Shown: positions 61,901 through 64,000 of the stretch, piece by piece
Position numbering within the stretch: the stretch's first letter is position 1
How the letters are laid out: every line of letters begins with the position of its first letter
DNA from: Raja brachyura
Lineage: Eukaryota
Assembly (NCBI GenBank): GCA_963514005.1
Contig: OY740809.1
Coordinates: 33,418,001-33,482,000, forward strand
DNA: 64,000 nt
Direction of reading: 5' to 3'
Made by a program: the position numbers and the translations under genes
Notes under the pieces: model-generated
What the model was told of the DNA's origin: nothing
The model's database searches: none
Seen by the model: only the letters and a program-made list of their open reading frames with translations

Positions 61901-63955
61901 TGACATTTTGAGGAGTAAAAGCTTTCCTCCCACAAAACTAATTAATTTGACATTGTCTTGGAGACTTGTCACTGTTTAACTTTTAGTTATGTCACCTGTT
62001 CAATTTCTGTAATCTTAAATATTTTTTTTTGAGTGTTGTAGATGGGGTCTGTTGGCTCTAGAATAACATAGTCTGCAAAGTCAGCTAATATAATGCACAA
62101 TTGGCCAGCCTCCCATCTTGCACAATCCATAAACTTGAGTTTGTTCTTAATTCTGTTGCCAGTATCCTAACAAATGCCAAATCCTGTTTATTCTTCACTG
62201 CTATGCTTTTTTGGCCTTCATATCCCCCGTTTTAAAATCCTCATCCTGGTTTTCAGGTCCTTTTTATAGACAGCCCTCCACATCTCTGCAATCCTTTCCA
62301 GTATTAAAACTTTGAGAACTTGGTGTTCTTCCAGTTGTGGCCTATTTGCCCACTGTCTCCTATCAAGCAGAGGTAGCTAGGCGTTAACCATTTGGGCCCA
62401 AAGCTCTGAAATGTATTTCTTAAATCCCACTGCCTGCCTTCTTCTTGTGCTGGTTATAAATGTCCATTAAACTACAGAACACACATTTTAATAAATCTCC
62501 ATTCTGGTTTGGTGTAATTTGGTGCAGACAGGTGATTGTAATAGTGATGGTGAGCCTGGGGTATTGATGAGTGCTCAAACTATCACAGCTGAGACAGTGT
62601 CCACCACCACAACCACACAGATCACAAAGGTAAGGATAACTTATCCAAATTCCTAAAGATTTCCATTGAATATTTGCTGATTCAAAAATGTTGCATGTAA
62701 CTTTTCTAATATAATACACTTACTAGATGAGTGAATTTACAATGTTTAAATAGATGCGCAGTGGTATTTGTCAGTGTTGTTTCCTAGTCAGTTATAGGAA
62801 GTATTCGTAATGACACCAGTGAGTGTCAACATCCCAGTTAGTTTTACCTCACTATAATCAATGCAGTAAAATTGTTAATGTGCTTTCATTTCTTTTTGTT
62901 CCAGACTATTAAAGGAGGAATTTCAGAAACCAGAATTGAGAAACGAATTGTAATCACAGGAGATGCAAATGTTGACCATGATCAGGTGAAAGCTGTTCTT
63001 TTTTTTTCCTTGTGCAGTGAGTTGATAGATTATATTTATAAAACTATGTTTTGGATAAAGATATCAATCCTCATATGAATACAAACAATATTTATCTCTC
63101 AAGTAATAGTGCTAGTATTTCTCAATACACCTGGTACTGTCCACGAGTGACTAGTTTCATAAATAACAAGGTACTTGGATAAACACCGAAGATAGACACA
63201 TACTGCTGGAGTAACTCGGAGAGACAGGCAGCATCTCTGGAGAGAGGGAATGGGTGGTGTTTCGGGTCGAGGCCCTTTTTCAGACTGCGTTAGATAATGT
63301 TATTAATTAGTTCCAGAGAATGTTATCACACTGAAATGTTAAATTTTTAGCATATTTCTAGACAACATATGCTTTAGCCTGGTCTCGAGTTTTCCACTCA
63401 CAAGATTCTTATTGCAACCAGGTGTATGAAATGTTTTCCCCCCAAATGTTTTCTCCCTTTAAGGAGGTCATCCAAGTAAACACTCGGCTTCCTATGTCCC
63501 AGTCATGAGATTTCCTAGTATAGAATCATGATCCTTGTACCCTGTGGTGCAGGAGGCTGGGGCACAGTATGCTGCACCTGCGACAACCATCCTACCACTG
63601 AAGCCTGATTAGGATGCAATATATTGTCAGTGTGTACCAAGATTGCTCTTTAGTACTTCATTTTTGTTATTCGACAAATAGTTTGGTGGGTTAGCGTTCT
63701 GCATTTTTTTTGTAGGGAAGTATGCTGTTGACACTCTGAAGAAATAGAAAATGTAAACCACATGTAATTAACACTCTGAAATATTCCAAGGAACATGTTT
63801 GATTAAATATTTGGAGATGTTTAGCTTTTTTTCACATTTATTTACTTTGGCAGGCTTTGGCACAAGCCATCAAAGAAGCCAAAGAGCAGCATCCGGATAT
63901 GTCTGTGACCAAGGTGGTGGTGCATCAGGAAACGGAGATAGCTGAGAAGGAATAA
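1438..63955 (+). CDS. EPB41: Protein 4.1R (erythrocyte membrane protein band 4.1), spliced multi-exon CDS span, about 872 aa without the extra intron-17 cassettes
   Basis: 19 GT-AG exons join in one open frame: MTTE start, [13 protein letters not shown] start, [36 protein letters not shown] domain, [36 protein letters not shown]-terminus. [18 protein letters not shown] and HQETEI favour 4.1R over 4.1G/N/B. Confidence 0.95.
3192..3404 (+). CDS. EPB41: EPB41 exon 4 (213 nt; contains AUG2 at 3351, start of FERM)
   Basis: ttacag|cca and gag|gtaaga; PAQEE...[18 protein letters not shown]. Confidence 0.95.
4905..5009 (+). CDS. EPB41: EPB41 exon 5 (105 nt, FERM N-lobe)
   Basis: acag|aga and aga|gtaaga; [35 protein letters not shown]. 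Confidence 0.95.
7430..8995 (+). mobile_element. Old CR1-type LINE RT fragment interrupted by a younger CR1
   Basis: [24 protein letters not shown] before 7704 resumes as ISKFADDAK after 8501, then [20 protein letters not shown]; decayed. Confidence 0.85.
7705..8495 (+). mobile_element. Young 5'-truncated CR1/HER1-like LINE (ORF2 C-terminus plus 3' tail)
   Basis: ORF 7747-8418 [19 protein letters not shown]...[17 protein letters not shown]; GTTATATG tail repeats; flanked by GGCTTG direct repeat. Confidence 0.93.
9161..9203 (+). CDS. EPB41: EPB41 exon 6 (43 nt)
   Basis: tttcag|agt and agg|gtaaga; [14 protein letters not shown](G). Confidence 0.93.
9308..9530 (-). mobile_element. CR1-type LINE 3' tail
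   Basis: aacatagaaacatataaaataggtgcaggag...ggcagagaattccacaaattc, antisense of the tail at 24400-24620; same tail begins again at 63968. Confidence 0.8.
10109..10184 (+). CDS. EPB41: EPB41 exon 7 (76 nt)
   Basis: cttcag|gt and aag|gtgtac; [24 protein letters not shown](R). Confidence 0.95.
11080..11262 (+). mobile_element. Palindromic Penelope-like short repeat with hammerhead core at 11141-11169
   Basis: tcaggcaggatctgt...CTGAAGA-agggt-ccc-atcct-GAAAtgtt...acagatgctgcctga. Confidence 0.6.
13390..13608 (+). CDS. EPB41: EPB41 exon 8 (219 nt, FERM alpha-lobe)
   Basis: tttcag|a and cag|gtattc; [39 protein letters not shown]...ELHKTH(R). Confidence 0.96.
14986..15073 (+). CDS. EPB41: EPB41 exon 9 (88 nt)
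   Basis: cctag|g and aag|gtacgc; [29 protein letters not shown]. Confidence 0.96.
16797..16949 (+). CDS. EPB41: EPB41 exon 10 (153 nt, FERM C-lobe)
   Basis: ttttag|gac and gag|gtatgt; [11 protein letters not shown]...[28 protein letters not shown]. Confidence 0.96.
18124..18441. mobile_element. Non-autonomous DNA transposon (MITE, about 320 bp), copy 1
   Basis: TIR GCCCTGTCCCACTGTACG...CGTACAGTGGGACAGGGC; CpG-rich; second copy at 29885 in opposite orientation. Confidence 0.85.
19178..19480 (+). mobile_element. tRNA-derived V-SINE (HE1-like), diverged
   Basis: ggcacagtggtgcag A-box, gggttcggtcc B-box, V-domain ttcctcccacatcccaaag, CR1-like tail gggccaaagggcctgtttcc. Confidence 0.8.
20053..20382 (+). 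mobile_element. Palindromic Penelope-like short repeat, interrupted by a CR1 tail (about 20130-20222)
   Basis: CTGAAGTA-gggt-ctcg-atcc-GAAAtgtc at 20295-20322, with inverted degenerate copies upstream. Confidence 0.6.
20431..20525 (+). CDS. EPB41: EPB41 exon 11 (95 nt)
   Basis: tttcag|gat and cag|gtatgt; [31 protein letters not shown](R). Confidence 0.96.
20714..21012 (-). mobile_element. tRNA-derived V-SINE (HE1-like), young
   Basis: Minus strand: ggtgcagcggttgag...gtacggagtttgtacgttctccccgtgaccgcgtgggttt...gggccaaagggcctg, then CTAAA repeat tail. Confidence 0.88.
21218..21390 (+). CDS. EPB41: EPB41 exon 12 (173 nt; FERM-adjacent domain; alternative start 21215)
   Basis: cccCAGTAG|g tandem acceptor and gag|gtaact donor; [57 protein letters not shown]. 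Confidence 0.95.
22570..23447 (-). mobile_element. Rex1/Babar-like non-LTR retrotransposon, 3' fragment
   Basis: Minus-strand frames [25 protein letters not shown] and [27 protein letters not shown]; frameshifted; AATAAA and short repeat tail. Confidence 0.85.
24272..24622 (+). mobile_element. CR1-type LINE 3' end
   Basis: [10 protein letters not shown]...[28 protein letters not shown] plus tail ggccgaatggcctattcctgcacctattgtctattg. Confidence 0.85.
25730..25932 (-). mobile_element. HE1-like SINE, internally deleted
   Basis: Same head, V-domain and tail motifs as 20714-21012. Confidence 0.75.
26638..27021. repeat. 20-bp minisatellite (AGTCCCGGAGGGTCGCGCTC), about 19 copies
   Basis: Near-perfect tandem array; two adjacent units near the 3' end carry a T>C variant. 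Confidence 0.98.
27160..27365. repeat. About 30-bp degenerate tandem repeat (GTGAGTCCACCAGCCTTGAGTGAGTGAACT)
   Basis: About 7 copies here; related units at 26556-26632. Confidence 0.9.
28151..28365 (+). CDS. EPB41: EPB41 exon 13 (215 nt, U2 region)
   Basis: ttacag|ct and atg|gtatgc; [23 protein letters not shown]...SEPAQEVM; phases fit both neighbours. Confidence 0.9.
28377..28422. repeat. (CA)n / (CACACGA)n microsatellite
   Basis: Directly visible, starting about 12 nt after the exon 13 donor. Confidence 0.9.
28790..29315 (+). mobile_element. CR1 3' fragment with an inserted minus-strand SINE head (about 28950-29070)
   Basis: GLYSLQF..., [19 protein letters not shown] and CR1 tail; SINE segment cagcacccacagtcaggatcaaacccgg. 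Confidence 0.7.
29885..30191. mobile_element. MITE copy 2 (Kolobok- or Harbinger-like termini)
   Basis: gtaa|AGGGCCTGTCCCACTGTACGAG...CTCGTACAGTGGGACAGACCCT|ttaa; reverse complement of copy 1. Confidence 0.85.
30467..30526 (+). CDS. EPB41: EPB41 cassette exon 14 equivalent (60 nt)
   Basis: Pyrimidine tract, cctag|gcc and cag|gtttgt; [20 protein letters not shown]; phase 0/0; position matches mammalian exon 14. Confidence 0.78.
30642..30680 (+). CDS. EPB41: EPB41 cassette exon 15 equivalent (39 nt)
   Basis: tatacag|caa and aag|gttagc; [13 protein letters not shown] ends in MRK like mammalian exon 15. Confidence 0.82.
30968..31030 (+). CDS. EPB41: EPB41 cassette exon 16 (63 nt, spectrin-actin binding)
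   Basis: ttcgcag|aag and gag|gtttgt; [21 protein letters not shown]. Confidence 0.96.
31117..31361 (+). promoter_or_regulatory. RBFOX-type intronic splicing enhancer cluster downstream of exon 16
   Basis: TGCATG at 31117, 31126 and 31356; GCATG at 31198 and 31204; same arrangement as the known mammalian EPB41 exon 16 enhancer. Confidence 0.8.
32470..32772 (-). mobile_element. Old V-SINE copy
   Basis: catctttgtgatatgggaggaaac...ggaaacccatgaggtcacagg...caaactccacac V-domain. Confidence 0.6.
35028..35207 (+). CDS. EPB41: EPB41 exon 17 (180 nt, SAB domain)
   Basis: aatag|gat and gaa|gtaagt; [52 protein letters not shown]. Confidence 0.96.
35418..35995. mobile_element. Old non-autonomous Tc1/mariner-pogo-like element; related remnant at about 100-535
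   Basis: ta|CAGGTAGTTCTGCTATA...TATAGCAGAACTG inverted ends; shares blocks such as cttttaagtggtt.tctagtt..caatcaaaattgc with 421-456. Confidence 0.6.
39230..40590 (-). mobile_element. Highly decayed CR1-type LINE ORF2 fragment
   Basis: Pyrimidine-rich plus strand with typical antisense CR1 blocks (gctaactggtcataagttccctgttttt, aaatccattttgact); no ORF. Confidence 0.5.
41307..41414 (+). CDS. EPB41: Candidate cassette exon (108 nt; exon 17A position; alternative in-frame donor at 41345)
   Basis: About 145-nt AG-free pyrimidine tract, aagcag|aca acceptor, abrupt switch to purine-rich open frame [36 protein letters not shown], donor aag|gtttcc. Confidence 0.65.
43707..44200 (-). mobile_element. 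Rex1/Babar-like 3' end
   Basis: tttattgtcacgtgtaccgaggtacagtgaaaagc tail and aagaaactgtccctgaacctggaggtg block resembling the 22850-22880 region. Confidence 0.65.
45718..47369 (+). mobile_element. Full-length but inactivated Tc1-family DNA transposon (IR/DR type, 1652 bp)
   Basis: TA|CAGTGCCCTCCATAATGTTTGGGAC...GTCCCAAACATTATGAAGGGCACTG|TA; TIRs of about 230 bp with inner repeats; transposase remnants [43 protein letters not shown] with stops and frameshifts. Confidence 0.95.
48135..49398 (+). mobile_element. Young CR1/HER1-like LINE with internal inverted duplication
   Basis: [22 protein letters not shown] motif; same family and tail as 7705-8495; 48539-48801 is the reverse complement of 48817-49079. 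Confidence 0.93.
51682..51782 (+). mobile_element. Short Penelope-like repeat with hammerhead core and 9-bp TSD
   Basis: TAGTGAAAG at 51673-51681 and 51783-51791 flank tCTGAAGA-a-gggt-ctcg-accc-GAAA-agtc...gatgctgcctggcctgctgagttactccagc. Confidence 0.72.
53528..53548 (+). other. Candidate 21-nt microexon
   Basis: ttgcacaaccaacag|GTGAAACAACAATAGTTACTG|gtgagt: consensus donor and UGC just upstream of the acceptor; reads VKQQ-stop in phase 0 and ETTIVT in phase 1. Confidence 0.4.
56241..56402 (+). CDS. EPB41: Candidate cassette exon (162 nt)
   Basis: About 135-nt AG-free zone with ctgac/cctaac/tactaac and a long pyrimidine tract, tctag|aaa and cag|gtgcta; open phase 0/0: [20 protein letters not shown]...SSISHDQ. 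Confidence 0.62.
57614..58027 (+). CDS. EPB41: Large cassette exon (414 nt; exon 17B position)
   Basis: ttcttatag|aat and cag|gtaaaa; 138 open codons, acidic, GC-richer than flanks, phase 0/0, immediately before exon 18. Confidence 0.8.
59498..59623 (+). CDS. EPB41: EPB41 exon 18 (126 nt, CTD)
   Basis: gaacag|cca and cag|gtttga; [11 protein letters not shown]...[17 protein letters not shown]. Confidence 0.96.
59955..61565 (+). mobile_element. Rex1/Babar-like 3' end hosting an expanded C-rich satellite
   Basis: [17 protein letters not shown]-like ORF end before the repeat; 3' UTR ending ...ccctcctgggataaataaagttctatc after it. Confidence 0.65.
60050..61440. repeat. About 1.4-kb C-rich satellite in two blocks: (C6-9 TCCTTGCCT)n to about 60840, then (C5-9 TCGCCT)n
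   Basis: Directly visible; essentially no A on the + strand; all six frames open as low-complexity Pro or Gly/Arg. Confidence 0.98.
62528..62629 (+). CDS. EPB41: EPB41 exon 19 (102 nt, CTD)
   Basis: tgcag|aca and aag|gtaagg; [34 protein letters not shown]. Confidence 0.96.
62905..62985 (+). CDS. EPB41: EPB41 exon 20 (81 nt, CTD)
   Basis: ttccag|act and cag|gtgaaa; [27 protein letters not shown]. Confidence 0.96.
63189..63286 (-). mobile_element. Short Penelope-like repeat, minus strand
   Basis: Reverse complement: CTGAAAA-a-gggc-ctcg-accc-GAAAcacc...gatgctgcctgtc. Confidence 0.65.
63854..63955 (+). CDS. EPB41: EPB41 exon 21, last coding exon (exon continues to donor at 63962)
   Basis: ggcag|gct; [36 protein letters not shown]; cag|gtaaag donor 7 nt after the stop, so the 3' UTR exon lies outside the window. 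Confidence 0.96.
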   Translation, partial: ALAQAIKEAKEQHPDMSVTKVVVHQETEIAEKE

Positions 63956-64000
63956 AACCCAGGTAAAGCATAGAAACATAGAAATTAGGTGCAGGAGTAG

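Overview
Eukaryotic genomic DNA, AT-rich and most likely from a cartilaginous fish (skate or ray), judged from HE1-type V-SINEs and CR1/HER1-type LINEs. The window holds essentially the whole coding region of a + strand protein 4.1R gene (EPB41). I traced 19 coding exons by hand from AUG1 (1438) to TAA (63953-63955), giving about 872 aa: N-terminal U1 region, FERM, FA, U2, spectrin-actin-binding (SAB) and C-terminal domains. Exon sizes and phases closely follow the mammalian gene as I recall it. Known mammalian splicing-control features appear conserved: the 17-nt AUG1-containing exon 2' with a second acceptor, AUG2 in exon 4, and exon 16 with a weak GTTTGT donor plus a downstream TGCATG cluster. 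Additional candidates are an upstream exon in frame with AUG1, three in-frame cassette exons and a 21-nt microexon in the 24-kb intron after exon 17. The introns contain nested and fold-back CR1 copies, Rex1/Babar-like fragments, a decayed IR/DR Tc1, MITEs, a non-autonomous Helitron carrying minisatellites, a 1.4-kb A-free C-rich satellite, and a family of short palindromic repeats with Penelope-type hammerhead-ribozyme cores. There is no prokaryotic system or CRISPR array. Exon numbers follow the mammalian convention. All homology calls come from recognition, not database searches.
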